From positions 2,949,661 to 3,013,660 of the forward strand of contig OZ250139.1 in NCBI GenBank assembly GCA_965237405.1: a stretch of 64,000 nucleotides of DNA, read 5' to 3'. Below are positions 33,424 through 44,157 of the stretch, one piece after another. The position numbers were made by a program, and so were the translations under genes. The stretch's first letter is position 1; each line of letters begins with the position of its first letter. Under the pieces are notes generated by a model. The model made no database searches. It had not been told where the DNA came from and saw only the letters and a list, made by a program, of their open reading frames with translations. The DNA is from Vicinamibacterales bacterium (lineage in GTDB: Bacteria > Acidobacteriota > Vicinamibacteria > Vicinamibacterales > UBA8438).

Positions 33424-35157
33424 ATGCCAGGGCCGCGCTGGCTATCGGTTGCGATCGTGCTCACCTGTTTGGCCGGCTGCGCTAACGATGTTGCAACCGA
33501 GTCTGACGATGTGGTCTCAACCCCATTGGACACTTTGTTCGTCGAAGTCACCGACCAGCTAGGTCTCCCGACGGAAGAGCCTTGGCCCGATGGCCAGTAC
33601 CTCACACCCGAGATTACGCCTGGTGGGGTTGCGTTGTTCGATTACGACAATGACGGAGACCTGGATATCTACCAGGTTCGTCATCAAAGGCCAGACGACA
33701 GATTTCCCATTTTGAGTAACCCTGCGCCCAATCGCCTATACGAGCAACAGGTTGATGGGACCTTTGTCGACGTCAGCGACGTCGCAGCCGTGGGTGATTC
33801 CGGGTACGGCCACGGCGCCGCCGTTGGCGACGTGGACAACGACGGCGACCTCGACCTGTACGTGACTAACTACGGTCCCGATGTGCTATACCGAAACGAG
33901 GGTAACGGCTCCTTCACCAATGTTACCGATGCCGCTGGGGTGTCTGGTGACGGCTGGAGCTCGTCGGCTGCATTTCTCGACTACGACGCTGACGGCGATC
34001 TCGACTTGTACGTCGTTCGTTTCGCGGAATTCGATCATACGCGGAAGTGCGCCAATCCGGCCGAGAGACGTTCGCCAACCCAGGAGCTTTCGCAGGAGTA
34101 TTGCGGACCGGATATCTTTCCTGGAGTTCCTGACCGACTGTTCAGGAATGACGGATTAGGGCAGTTCACCGACGTCTCGCAGCAGGCGGGCCTTACGCGT
34201 GCCTTGCGTGGGTGGGGTGTCGTTTGCGCGGACATGACGGGCGACGGGCTGATTGATATCTTCGTCGCCAACGACGGAGAGCCGAACCTCCTATGGGTCA
34301 ACCGAGGCAACGGGACGTTTCAAGATGAGGCGCTGGCCCGGGGCGTCGCGCTTAGCGGCGCGGGGCACACCGAAGCGGGAATGGGTGTTGCGGTAGGGGA
34401 CGCCGACGGCGACGGTCGATTCGACCTGTTCATGACGCATCTCCAGGGGCAGACCAATACGCTCTACACGGCCGACGCCGAGAGCTGGTATCAAGACCGC
34501 TCTGCGACGTCCGGTCTCGGTGCCATCTCGATTCAGCTCACCGGTTGGGGATGCGGATTTTTTGATTTCGATCATGACGGCGATCTCGATGTGGCGCTGG
34601 TGAACGGTCGTGTTTTCCGCGGACCGATCCTCCCAGCCGCGGCCGGCAGTGCGTTTTGGCAACCCTATGGCGAGCCGAATCTGGTCTTCGAGCACATAGG
34701 CGATGGACGATACGAGCATGTAAGCGGGCGGGCGGGCGCCTTTTCCAGCTATGTCGAGAGCACCCGTGCGTTGGCGTTTGGCGATATCGACAACGATGGC
34801 GATATCGACCTGGTCACGAACAATCTCGATAACACGCTACGGGTCTTTAGCAATGTCGCCCCCAAAGACGATCGAAACTGGCTGATCATACGGCCCATGG
34901 TCGGCCTGCGCGACGCGTACGGCGCCGTCGTGACGCTTCGCATCGGGCAGGATGAAATATCCCGTCTAGCTCATCCAGCCTACAGCTACTTGAGCAGCAA
35001 CGATCCCCGTGCCCATTTCGGTTTAGGCCGTGCTCCATCGGTTGATGCGGTCGACATTCGATGGCCCGATGGGCGTTCGGAGCGATTTGGTGTCAACTGG
35101 CTGAACCAGGCCATCGTCCTCAAGAAGGGTGACGGCGATCCGTTGGACGGGAATTGA
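33424..35157 (+). CDS. CRTAC1-family lipoprotein (FG-GAP/VCBS repeats plus ASPIC/UnbV C-terminal domain), copy 1
   Basis: Lipobox LAGC, multiple DxDxDGDxD Ca-binding FG-GAP loops, and YSYLSSNDPRAHFGLG...VDIRWPDG. Confidence 0.85.
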   Translation: MPGPRWLSVAIVLTCLAGCANDVATESDDVVSTPLDTLFVEVTDQLGLPTEEPWPDGQYLTPEITPGGVALFDYDNDGDLDIYQVRHQRPDDRFPILSNPAPNRLYEQQVDGTFVDVSDVAAVGDSGYGHGAAVGDVDNDGDLDLYVTNYGPDVLYRNEGNGSFTNVTDAAGVSGDGWSSSAAFLDYDADGDLDLYVVRFAEFDHTRKCANPAERRSPTQELSQEYCGPDIFPGVPDRLFRNDGLGQFTDVSQQAGLTRALRGWGVVCADMTGDGLIDIFVANDGEPNLLWVNRGNGTFQDEALARGVALSGAGHTEAGMGVAVGDADGDGRFDLFMTHLQGQTNTLYTADAESWYQDRSATSGLGAISIQLTGWGCGFFDFDHDGDLDVALVNGRVFRGPILPAAAGSAFWQPYGEPNLVFEHIGDGRYEHVSGRAGAFSSYVESTRALAFGDIDNDGDIDLVTNNLDNTLRVFSNVAPKDDRNWLIIRPMVGLRDAYGAVVTLRIGQDEISRLAHPAYSYLSSNDPRAHFGLGRAPSVDAVDIRWPDGRSERFGVNWLNQAIVLKKGDGDPLDGN

Positions 35158-35576
35158 CGAGTGAGTGTTCAGACCGTTTTCCCAGAGTTGGTTGCTCTTC
35201 TTGCTCGCCACCTTTGGTCGCGGCCGCACCAGATGTCGTCGAAGCGTGGATCGGGCGGGCAGATGCGCTGATTCTCGCCTTGAACGCCATTCGGAGGCGC
35301 ATGAGTGGCTGGGCAACGTGCGGCACGCGCATCCGGACTAGCCCGAGCTCCGGTAACTCGACGATGCGGTCTCGACGGTCGCTCGGCCCTGAGCCAGTGA
35401 TTCGATGAATCGCCGCCGCGACAGTCTTTCACAAGCCCCCGAAAACGGTCCTCTTTTCAACGAAGGCCAAACCAAAAGACACGCGCCCGAACGCGCTTGG
35501 TGAACAAAGAGTTGCAGTTCCGAGACTCACAGGCGAAAATATAGTCCGCCTATAGTGCACGGACTGGAAGACGGAA

Positions 35577-38042
35577 ATGCATACTGTGCGAATCCTTCTG
35601 TTCTTGGTGGGTTGGGTGTTCGCTGGTTTCATTGCTGCTGGTTTGGCACAGCCGGATCCCTCACAGACCTCCCGTAGCGCTTCAACATCAAGCTTCGAGA
35701 CTAAGAAGGTACTGAAACAGTACTGCCAAGGTTGTCACAACGAGCACTCTGCCGTCGGGAGAGACACTGGACTTACACTGGACACGCTCAACCCCGAACG
35801 GGTCACCAGTAATGCCGAACAGTGGGAGAAAGTTGTCCGAAGGCTTCGGAACGTGTCGATGCCACCGGCGGGAAGGCCACGGCCGAGTGCAGAGATTTAC
35901 CATCGTGTGGCGTCGTGGCTTGAGATACAACTCGACGCGGCCGCCGCCGTCAATCGAAATCCTGGCCGGCCGGCTGTTCTCCATCGTTTAAACCGCGCTG
36001 AGTACCGCAATGCCGTGCGCGACCTGATTGCGCTCGATATCGACGTGTCGTCGCTCTTACCCCCCGACACGGCCAGCTATGGTTTCGACAATATCGGTGA
36101 CGTACTTGGTGTGTCGCCTCTCTTGCTGGAGAGCTATCTATCAACGGCGAACAAGATCAGTCGGCTTGCTGTCGCCAGCAACCCAGCAGTGAAAACGACA
36201 GAGGAGGTCTACCGGGTTTCCACAGAGCTGACCCAATCCGATCGCCTCGACGGATTACCGTTCGGGACCCGTGGAGGCACGTTGGTACGCCATGTCTTTC
36301 CGGTTGACGGTGAGTATGAGATCCGCGTAAGGCTCGCCCGCGGCGGGCTAACAGGGGGCGATTACGGCATTGTGGGTTTACGGGAACCGCACCCTCTGGA
36401 GATCACGCTCGACGGCGCACGCGTACAGCTTCTTACTGCCGGACTGGGTCTATCTGTCGATGGTCCTGAGAGCCGTAGGGAGCAGCACGACCGATACAAA
36501 CTGAAGGATGATGGTTTGCATGTTCGCATTCCGATCCAAGCTGGGCCGAGGACTGTCGCTGCCGCGTTTTTGAAGCGGCCGTCTGTGCAGGTCGAGAGCG
36601 TCCGGCGGCCGTTCCTTCGCGCGATGTTGGAGCATGGCCAGTCTCATGAATTGCCGTACATCGGCGAGGTCATCATCACGGGACCCTACGATCCAGATGC
36701 TCCGGAACAAACGCCTAGCCGGGACCGCATTTTCGTTTGTCGCCCGACCAGCGCTGCTAATGAGCGCACGTGCGCCGAGCGGATCATCGCAACGCTGGCG
36801 CGACGAGCATTTCGCCGGCCGGTCACTGATGACGACCTTCGCACGTTGTTGCAGTTTTACGAAGAAGGTCGCCAAGACGGTAGCTTCGACAGTGGCGTCG
36901 AACGAGCCCTGACACGCGTGTTGGTCAGCCCTTCGTTTCTCTTTCGCGTTGAAGCCGATCCGCCAGGCGTTGTTCCCGATACGCCGTATGAGCTAAGCGA
37001 CGTGGCCTTGGCCTCGCGCCTGTCGTTTTTCCTCTGGAGCAGTATTCCCGATGACGAGCTCCTTAACCTTGCCGAGCGGGGCGAGTTAGTCGATCCGGAG
37101 AACCTTGAACAACAGGTGCGGCGCATGCTCGCGGACCGGCGTTCAGACGCCCTGGTTGACAACTTTGCTAGCCAGTGGCTGTACTTACGTAATGTATCAG
37201 CGGTGAAGCCAGACTTTCGTCTATTTCCGGACTTTGACGATAACCTTCGGCACGCGCTTCGGCGCCAGACGGAGCTGTTATTCGAGAGCATCATTCGTGA
37301 AGATCGGAGCGTGGTCGATCTGCTTGGGGCCGACTACATGTTCGTTAATGAACGACTTGCGCGCCACTACGATATTCCTCATGTTTACGGCGACCACTTC
37401 CGGCGTGTAAGCACGAAAGGCCATCCCATGCGGGGCGGTCTCTTGGGCCAGGGAAGCGTTCTCACGATTCAGTCACTGTCGACGCGGACTTCCCCCGTGA
37501 AGCGCGGAATCTGGATCCTTGAGAATGTTCTTGGCACGATTCCGCCTGATCCACCAGCTAACGTTCCAGATCTTAAGGCCAAGAACTCAGATGGCCGCAC
37601 CCTCTCGATGCGGGAAGCGATGGAAGCGCACCGAGCGAATCCCACGTGCGCGGCATGTCACCAGCTAATGGATCCGCTGGGACTGTCGCTAGAGAATTTT
37701 GATGCCGTCGGCCGGTGGCGGGATGTGAGCGAGTCGAACGAACCCATTGATGCCTCGGGCTCGCTACCGAACGGCACAGCTTTCGCGGGTGTGGCAGAGC
37801 TGAAGCAGGTTCTGCTCGCGCATCGAGACCAATTCGTGCGGACTATGACTAAAAAGCTACTAACGTACGCCTTGGGACGGGGCCTTGAGTATTACGATGA
37901 GCCCGCCGTCCGCCGCATCACGCGCGCCGCGGCCGTCCAAGACCATCGATTTTCAGCGCTCGTGCTCGGCATAATTAAGAGCGTGCCGTTCAAACAGCGG
38001 ATGGCCGGTGCGAATGGGGATACGCCGCTGGCGCAAGAATGA
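35577..38042 (+). CDS. DUF1592-family mono-haem protein, copy 2
   Basis: YCQGCHNEH, LNRAEYRNAVRDLI, GFDN, SFLFRVE, FFLWSSIPDDELL, NFASQWLYL and HRANPTCAACHQLMDPLGLSLENFDAVGRWR. It is about 50% identical to 18884-21241. Confidence 0.85.
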   Translation: MHTVRILLFLVGWVFAGFIAAGLAQPDPSQTSRSASTSSFETKKVLKQYCQGCHNEHSAVGRDTGLTLDTLNPERVTSNAEQWEKVVRRLRNVSMPPAGRPRPSAEIYHRVASWLEIQLDAAAAVNRNPGRPAVLHRLNRAEYRNAVRDLIALDIDVSSLLPPDTASYGFDNIGDVLGVSPLLLESYLSTANKISRLAVASNPAVKTTEEVYRVSTELTQSDRLDGLPFGTRGGTLVRHVFPVDGEYEIRVRLARGGLTGGDYGIVGLREPHPLEITLDGARVQLLTAGLGLSVDGPESRREQHDRYKLKDDGLHVRIPIQAGPRTVAAAFLKRPSVQVESVRRPFLRAMLEHGQSHELPYIGEVIITGPYDPDAPEQTPSRDRIFVCRPTSAANERTCAERIIATLARRAFRRPVTDDDLRTLLQFYEEGRQDGSFDSGVERALTRVLVSPSFLFRVEADPPGVVPDTPYELSDVALASRLSFFLWSSIPDDELLNLAERGELVDPENLEQQVRRMLADRRSDALVDNFASQWLYLRNVSAVKPDFRLFPDFDDNLRHALRRQTELLFESIIREDRSVVDLLGADYMFVNERLARHYDIPHVYGDHFRRVSTKGHPMRGGLLGQGSVLTIQSLSTRTSPVKRGIWILENVLGTIPPDPPANVPDLKAKNSDGRTLSMREAMEAHRANPTCAACHQLMDPLGLSLENFDAVGRWRDVSESNEPIDASGSLPNGTAFAGVAELKQVLLAHRDQFVRTMTKKLLTYALGRGLEYYDEPAVRRITRAAAVQDHRFSALVLGIIKSVPFKQRMAGANGDTPLAQE

Positions 38043-38066
38043 CGGGCTAGGGGGTCAGGAGGACCG

Positions 38067-39407
38067 ATGCTGATCACGAAGAGGTCATTACCACGGCGGA
38101 CGGTCTTACGAGGCATCGGGGCCACGTTGGCCTTGCCGCTGCTCGACGCGATGGTGCCTGCGTTATCTGCACTGTCTGGAACGGTAGCCAACCCGGTTCG
38201 TCGGCTTGGCTTCATCTACTTTCCCAACGGCGCGAACATGTTGCAGTGGATGTGTCAAGGCGAGGGGAACAGGTTCGAGCTGTCTCGGACTCTTTTCCCG
38301 CTCGAACCTTTCCGCGAAGCCATCACGGAGCTGTCTGGACTAGACAACGCGCCTGCGAACGCGCTGGGAGACGGAAATGGTGATCACCCACGCGCTGGAG
38401 CTGCGTGGTTAAATGCAACCCATCCTCGGAAGAGCGAAGGCGCCAACGTGCGCGCTGGGACGACGATTGATCAGATTGCAGCCGCTGAATTCGGGAAGCA
38501 CACGCCACTTGGATCGCTTGAGCTCTGTCTTGAGCCAGCTGGCTGGCTGGGTACGTGTGGAGGCAGTGGCTATAGCTGTGCCTACACAGACACGATCGCA
38601 TGGCGGACTCCGACGACACCGCTGCCGATGGAGTACAACCCGCGAAACGTGTTTAGCCGAATGTTTGGGGATGGCACAACGGCCGAGGCACGAGACGCGC
38701 AACGGAAAATTAACCGTAGTGTGCTCGACTCAGTTACGAAGGAGATTGCCGGGCTGCAACGTCGGATTGGCCCTGGTGATCGTATACGCCTAACCGAGTA
38801 TCTGGATGCGGTTCGCGAGGTCGAACGGCGCATCGAGAGGACCGAGGCGCAAAGTGCAACCATGCCATCGGTTAACCAGCCGACGGGTGTCCCGGACACT
38901 ACGGAAGAGCATTGCAAGCTCATGTACGACCTTCAGGTCCTAGCGTATCAGGCCGATGTAACCCGTGTCGTGACGTTCCAGCTCGGTCGTGAAACCAGCC
39001 AGCGCACGTTTCCCGAGATCGGCGTTCCGGATCCGCACCACACGACGTCTCATCATCAGAATGACCAGGTGCGAGGTGAGAGGATCGCTAAGATCGATAC
39101 GTTCCTCGTTGACCAGTTCGCGTACTTCTTGGGTAAACTGCGTGACACACCGGACGGTGACGGGTCGCTACTGGACCACGTAATGATCCTGTACGGCGGT
39201 GGTATGAGTGATGGGAATCTACATATTCACGAGTCACTGCCGCTCGTCGTCGCGGGTCACGGCGGCGGACAGATTGGCGGCGGGCGTCACCTGCAATATC
39301 CGGCGGGGACCCCCCACGCCAACCTACTCATGACCTTGCTCCACATGGCCGGCGTGCCGGTTGAGAGCGTCGGCGATAGCACCGGTCCGCTGGAAGGCTT
39401 GACCTGA
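38067..39407 (+). CDS. TAT-exported DUF1552 family protein, copy 2
   Basis: LPRRTVLRGIGATLALPLLDAM, PDPHHTTSHHQND and LPLVVAGHGGG. AGGAGG lies upstream. Confidence 0.8.
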   Translation: MLITKRSLPRRTVLRGIGATLALPLLDAMVPALSALSGTVANPVRRLGFIYFPNGANMLQWMCQGEGNRFELSRTLFPLEPFREAITELSGLDNAPANALGDGNGDHPRAGAAWLNATHPRKSEGANVRAGTTIDQIAAAEFGKHTPLGSLELCLEPAGWLGTCGGSGYSCAYTDTIAWRTPTTPLPMEYNPRNVFSRMFGDGTTAEARDAQRKINRSVLDSVTKEIAGLQRRIGPGDRIRLTEYLDAVREVERRIERTEAQSATMPSVNQPTGVPDTTEEHCKLMYDLQVLAYQADVTRVVTFQLGRETSQRTFPEIGVPDPHHTTSHHQNDQVRGERIAKIDTFLVDQFAYFLGKLRDTPDGDGSLLDHVMILYGGGMSDGNLHIHESLPLVVAGHGGGQIGGGRHLQYPAGTPHANLLMTLLHMAGVPVESVGDSTGPLEGLT

Positions 39408-39439
39408 CCCGTGCGTAGCTTGGACGACTAGCCTCCGTC

Positions 39440-41002
39440 ATGCGCGTACAGTCCGCAGGAAGTCTGGCGAGATGGCTGTTGGCATTCGCAGTGTTCATCA
39501 ACCCAGTCAATGCAGTCGGACAGCCCCCCCTGATCGAGGCGGTTAAACAGGCCGACTTGGTAGCCGTACGCGCTCTCCTAGATCAGGGTGCGGCCGTCGA
39601 CGTGCCGGAGGTGGATGGCACGACGGCACTCCACTGGGCCGTGCATCGTGATGACATTGAAGTAGCGGAGCTGCTGATTCGTGCGGGCGCTGCAGTGACG
39701 GCCACGAATCGGTATCACGTGGCACCCATTTCACTCGCCTGTATCAACGGCAACGCTACCATGCTTGAAAAACTGTTGGAGGCTGGGGCCGATCCGAACC
39801 GCAGCTTGCCGGAGGGCGAGACGGCGCTAATGACCGCTGCTCGTACCGGACGTGTTTCGGCCGTCACGCTCTTGATCGAACATGGGGCTGCCGTCAACGT
39901 CACCGAGCAGTGGCGAGGTCAGACAGCACTGATGTGGGCCGCGGCTGAGGGGCACGCGGCGGTCGTGCAGGCGCTCATCGACCATGGTGCCGACATAACA
40001 GTGCGTTCGGGTCGGTCTGATAAAGCGCTGGTCAGTCCACCACTGGCCCGAGGCACCGGCACCCTTGCCGCACCCGAGTCTCTTGCTGACGGTTTATCGG
40101 CATTCCTCTTTGCAGTGCGAGGTGGGCACCTTGATGCTGCGAGGATCTTGGCCGACGCCGGTGCCAATATCGAAGATCGAGCACCCAACGGTTCTAGTGC
40201 GTTGATCGTCGCGATTGACAACCGTAACTACGAGCTCGCGGCGTGGCTACTCGACCGCGGAGTTGACCCTAACGCTGATGGCGTGGGGTGGACGGCCCTT
40301 CACGTCGCCGTTGTGGCACATCGTCCACATTTCCGGAAAGTGCCGTACCCGATACCGACTGGCCATCTTGATAGCTTTGGCCTACTTGAGGCTCTGATGG
40401 CTCATGGGGCTGATCCGAATGCGCATGCGAAGAAACGTATTCAGCTGGCGGAGGCGGTCGCGCCGCTGTTCGAGCGGATAGGGATAACGCCGTTCATGCT
40501 TGCGGCTGTAGCTGCGGACGTGCCGGTTATGCGCCTGATGCTCGCGCACGGCGCTGATCCGTATGTAACGACGCCGGTTGGGTCTACAGTGCTTATGGCG
40601 GCGGCGGGAGCCGCAACCTACCAATGGCAGAGTCCAGGCACCGAAGAAGAGGCGCTTGACGCAGTCAAGCTGCTCTTGGATTTAGGTGTCGATGTAAATG
40701 AAGCGGACGAGGCTGGTAACACAGCGCTGCACGGGGCCGCGAATAGGGGCGCCGACTCGGTCATCGAGTTCCTGCTGGCGAACGGCGCAAGGTTGGACGC
40801 GACCAACAAAGAAGGTTGGATGCCCGTCACGATCGCACAAGGCCCCCATGGACTGATCGAACCGTTTCCGGACACGTATGCCTTCCTCCTTGAGCTTATG
40901 GAAGAGGCGGGATTGACCCCACCGAACTGTCCCAAATGCGCAGTAGGTTATTCCTTCGAGGAGTCGATCATCTCGAGTGCAGTGCCGGAAGCCCATCGGT
41001 AG
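39440..41002 (+). CDS. secreted ankyrin-repeat protein, copy 2
   Basis: Signal peptide, ankyrin repeats throughout, same length class (520 vs 521 aa) and the same gene order as copy 1. Confidence 0.85.
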   Translation: MRVQSAGSLARWLLAFAVFINPVNAVGQPPLIEAVKQADLVAVRALLDQGAAVDVPEVDGTTALHWAVHRDDIEVAELLIRAGAAVTATNRYHVAPISLACINGNATMLEKLLEAGADPNRSLPEGETALMTAARTGRVSAVTLLIEHGAAVNVTEQWRGQTALMWAAAEGHAAVVQALIDHGADITVRSGRSDKALVSPPLARGTGTLAAPESLADGLSAFLFAVRGGHLDAARILADAGANIEDRAPNGSSALIVAIDNRNYELAAWLLDRGVDPNADGVGWTALHVAVVAHRPHFRKVPYPIPTGHLDSFGLLEALMAHGADPNAHAKKRIQLAEAVAPLFERIGITPFMLAAVAADVPVMRLMLAHGADPYVTTPVGSTVLMAAAGAATYQWQSPGTEEEALDAVKLLLDLGVDVNEADEAGNTALHGAANRGADSVIEFLLANGARLDATNKEGWMPVTIAQGPHGLIEPFPDTYAFLLELMEEAGLTPPNCPKCAVGYSFEESIISSAVPEAHR

Positions 41003-41071
41003 GTATGCGCAACAGCCTGCGTACGGCCGTGACCCAATCGATGGTTCAAGAGTCGAACGAAACCCAGGCAG

Positions 41072-42895
41072 CTACGGCAGCGCAAACGTCAAGATAGTGT
41101 TCGTGGCGATCACGGTGACGTATTGCGTGCCGTTGACCTCGTATGTGAGTGGGCTCGATTGAACGGGGCGCGGCGCCTTATAGTGGAACAGCTGCTCACC
41201 GGTTTCGGCATTGAACGCGTAGAATCCACCGTCTTCGGTTCCCTGGAAGACGAGGTTTCCAGCCGTGGCGACACTGCCACTCGAGGCCCCGAAGGTAACA
41301 GCTGGCAGTACCTTCTGCCACACCTCTTCACCGCTCGCAGGCTCGTACGCCATCAGGGTCGTTGTCCTCGGGTATTCGGGAATCCGGTTGAGTTCATCAA
41401 TGTCGAGGCCAGGCTGATGGCCGCCGCCTTTACCCAGTTCCAGACTGTCGCCGACCGGCTTGACGAGGAGTGAAACCCCGGCATTCTTCCCGGTGACGTA
41501 GAGTAGGCCGGTTCGCGGGCTGAAGGAGGGCGCCCCGAAGCTCGAGCCGCCATGCGCCACGATGAAATGCTCGTCCGTGGAGTATGGCCAGTACATCGGG
41601 CGCGCCTGCTTCTGCAGCTCGGGGTCCTTGAGGTCGAGATAGGTCGCGCAGAACGGTGTCATCTGGACACCGCGAGTATTGTAGGGAATCGGTTGGGTCG
41701 GATAGACCACCTCGCCCGGCACGTTCGTCTTCGTTTCCACCGGTGTCTCGACGATCGGGTTGATCGGTTCACCGGTCTCGCGATGCCAGAGATAGAGCAG
41801 GCAGTTCTTGCCGGCCGCGGCGATTCCTTTGATTGTTTCGCCGTTGGTGTCGGTCACGTCGAACAGGGTGGGACCGGTGATGTTGTCCCAGTCCCAGAGG
41901 TCGTGATGGATCGTCTGGTAGTGCCACCGGAGTGCGCCTGTTTCAAGGTCGAGAGCGATCGTTGAGTTGGTGAACAGGTTCTTTCCGACACGCGCCGAGC
42001 CGTCGTACGGGGGGTTGGGATTGGCGGCGTTGACGTAGACCAAACCGAGCTCGGTGTCGACCGCCGGCTGTGTCCAGATGCCGCCTCCGACCCGCTTGCC
42101 GTAGCCCCAGGTCGGGTCGGCAATCTCCCAGCCCTGGTCCTGCGGGCGCTGCGGAATCGTGTTGAACACCCACTTGATGGCGCCGGTCGTGGCATCGGCC
42201 GCCACAACGAGCCCCCCCGGTATATTGCCCTCGGATATTGCCGATCCGACGTACAGCGTCCCGTCGTGGTACGCGGGGGAGCTGTTGATCCGGTAGCGGA
42301 TCGATGATGCATCGAACCCGGGCGGATAGCTGTCCGGGTACTTGTGCTGGAGAGCCAGGCTCAAAACTGGCAGGATCCCTCCGTCACCGAATGTCTCAAC
42401 GAGTTCACCCGTCTTGGCATCAGTTGCTACCAGTTTGTCCCCATGGTACGAATAGATTCGGCCGTCGACATACAGCGGCCCTCGCACCGGCCCGCCGCCG
42501 ACCCCATCGATCTCGAGTGTCCAGACCGATTCTCCTGTCACGGCGTTGATGGCGAATACGGTGTTCCCACCGTGGAGATACATCAGGCCGTCGACGACCA
42601 CGGGAGTGACCTGTCGGATGTTAATCCCGGCTGGAACATCGAACGACCAGCGCCGATCGAGTTGGCCGACATTTGAGGTATTGATCTGATCGAGCCCTGA
42701 AAACCGCTGGTTGTAGAGATCGATGTTGTTGCTTAGCCAGTTCGTTTGGCTACGTCCCGCGATGATCGTGGGTGGTGTGCCCGCCTGGGTCGTGCCCCCC
42801 CGCTGCTCGGCGCCCACCGCGTGAAGGCCGCCGATCGCCGCGATAGCGAGCGTCGTCACCGCTGCGCGAGCGTTTCGACTGTGGAGTAATCGCAT
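41072..42895 (-). CDS. PQQ-dependent dehydrogenase-type beta-propeller (secreted)
   Basis: The start is moved to MRLLHSRNARAAVTTLAIAAIGG. NQRFSGLDQINTSNVGQLDRRWSF and HHDLWDWDN. Confidence 0.75.
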   Translation of the reverse strand: MRLLHSRNARAAVTTLAIAAIGGLHAVGAEQRGGTTQAGTPPTIIAGRSQTNWLSNNIDLYNQRFSGLDQINTSNVGQLDRRWSFDVPAGINIRQVTPVVVDGLMYLHGGNTVFAINAVTGESVWTLEIDGVGGGPVRGPLYVDGRIYSYHGDKLVATDAKTGELVETFGDGGILPVLSLALQHKYPDSYPPGFDASSIRYRINSSPAYHDGTLYVGSAISEGNIPGGLVVAADATTGAIKWVFNTIPQRPQDQGWEIADPTWGYGKRVGGGIWTQPAVDTELGLVYVNAANPNPPYDGSARVGKNLFTNSTIALDLETGALRWHYQTIHHDLWDWDNITGPTLFDVTDTNGETIKGIAAAGKNCLLYLWHRETGEPINPIVETPVETKTNVPGEVVYPTQPIPYNTRGVQMTPFCATYLDLKDPELQKQARPMYWPYSTDEHFIVAHGGSSFGAPSFSPRTGLLYVTGKNAGVSLLVKPVGDSLELGKGGGHQPGLDIDELNRIPEYPRTTTLMAYEPASGEEVWQKVLPAVTFGASSGSVATAGNLVFQGTEDGGFYAFNAETGEQLFHYKAPRPVQSSPLTYEVNGTQYVTVIATNTILTFALP

Positions 42896-43043
42896 CGTTT
42901 GTTCTGCCCACGTTTCGTTCACTCGGCCATTATGCACCATTCACGGTCTATTTCAGGCCGCGCGAAGTTCTTGCACTCCATCGTCGTCGAGTCCATCATA
43001 GGCGTGACTTGTCGAGTGCCTGGCGAAGGGGTAGGAGGATCAG

Positions 43044-44093
43044 ATGAGCCGTCGATTACTCACCGCTGTGTTCATGGTTGTCACGGTCGCCGCCATCGCG
43101 CCGCTTCCGGCGGCCGCGCAGGCCCAAACGGTCACGGACGGATCGACGATGTCCCGAACGTCATGGGGTGATCCAGACCTACAGGGGATCTGGAACAACG
43201 CCACCCTGACGCGGCTGGAACGTTCCGAAGGCCTGGCCGACAAGGAGTTTTTGACCGAAGAAGAGGCGGCCCGGCGAGAGCAGGGAGCCATCGACCGCAA
43301 CGTGCGCCTGGCGGCCCGGCCCGCGCGGCGAACAAAAGCAGACCCAACCGGGAACGTCGACCGGGGGGTGGATGGGGCGCCCGGCTCCTACAACAACTGT
43401 TGGCTGGAACTCGGTACGACGGTCGTGCCGACCCGGCGAACCTCGCTGATTGTGGATCCACCGAACGGCCGGCTACCTACCCTTACACCGGACGCCGAAC
43501 GCCGGATTAGTTCGCCAGAGCTCGCGAAGCTGGAAGATATCCGGCAGGGTCGCTTGCCCGCTGACTCATGGGAGCAGCTCGACCTCGGCGACCGGTGCAT
43601 CTGGTATCGCGGGGTCCCGTCGTTTCCAACGGCGTACAACAATAACTATCTCATCGTCCAGACGCCGAGTTACGTGGCCATTCTCCAGGAGCACATCCAC
43701 GACGTTCGATTCATTGCGCTGGACGACCACCCGCATGCCGACGAGGCCATCCGCCAATACGGAGGGGACTCGCGTGGGCACTGGGAGGGCGACACGCTCG
43801 TTGTCGAGACCACCAATTTCAGTAACCGGGCCTTCATCAGAAACTTCAACCTGGATCTCACGGAGGCTTTGCACGTGGTCGAACGCTTCACGCGGGTTGG
43901 ACCAGATATGCTCGACTATCAGTTCACGGTCGAAGATCCGAACATCTGGACACGACCGTGGAGCGGTTCGCTTCCGATGGCGCGCAGCCAGGGGTTGATG
44001 TATGAATATGCCTGTCACGAGGGGAACTACGGACTGACGAACATTCTCACCGGGTCACGCGCCCTGGAGAAGGCCTCCGCAAAGGGGCCCTAG
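43044..44093 (+). CDS. secreted protein of unknown function
   Basis: GGAGGA lies upstream and there is a signal peptide (AIAPLPAAAQAQ). It has a conserved-looking N-terminal block SWGDPDLQGIWNN. I recognise no catalytic motif. Confidence 0.6.
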   Translation: MSRRLLTAVFMVVTVAAIAPLPAAAQAQTVTDGSTMSRTSWGDPDLQGIWNNATLTRLERSEGLADKEFLTEEEAARREQGAIDRNVRLAARPARRTKADPTGNVDRGVDGAPGSYNNCWLELGTTVVPTRRTSLIVDPPNGRLPTLTPDAERRISSPELAKLEDIRQGRLPADSWEQLDLGDRCIWYRGVPSFPTAYNNNYLIVQTPSYVAILQEHIHDVRFIALDDHPHADEAIRQYGGDSRGHWEGDTLVVETTNFSNRAFIRNFNLDLTEALHVVERFTRVGPDMLDYQFTVEDPNIWTRPWSGSLPMARSQGLMYEYACHEGNYGLTNILTGSRALEKASAKGP

Positions 44094-44157
44094 GATAGAA
44101 GGCAGAAGTCAGAAGGCAGAATGAAACGGTCGTCAGTAAGTCAGCCGGCGTTCGGGA

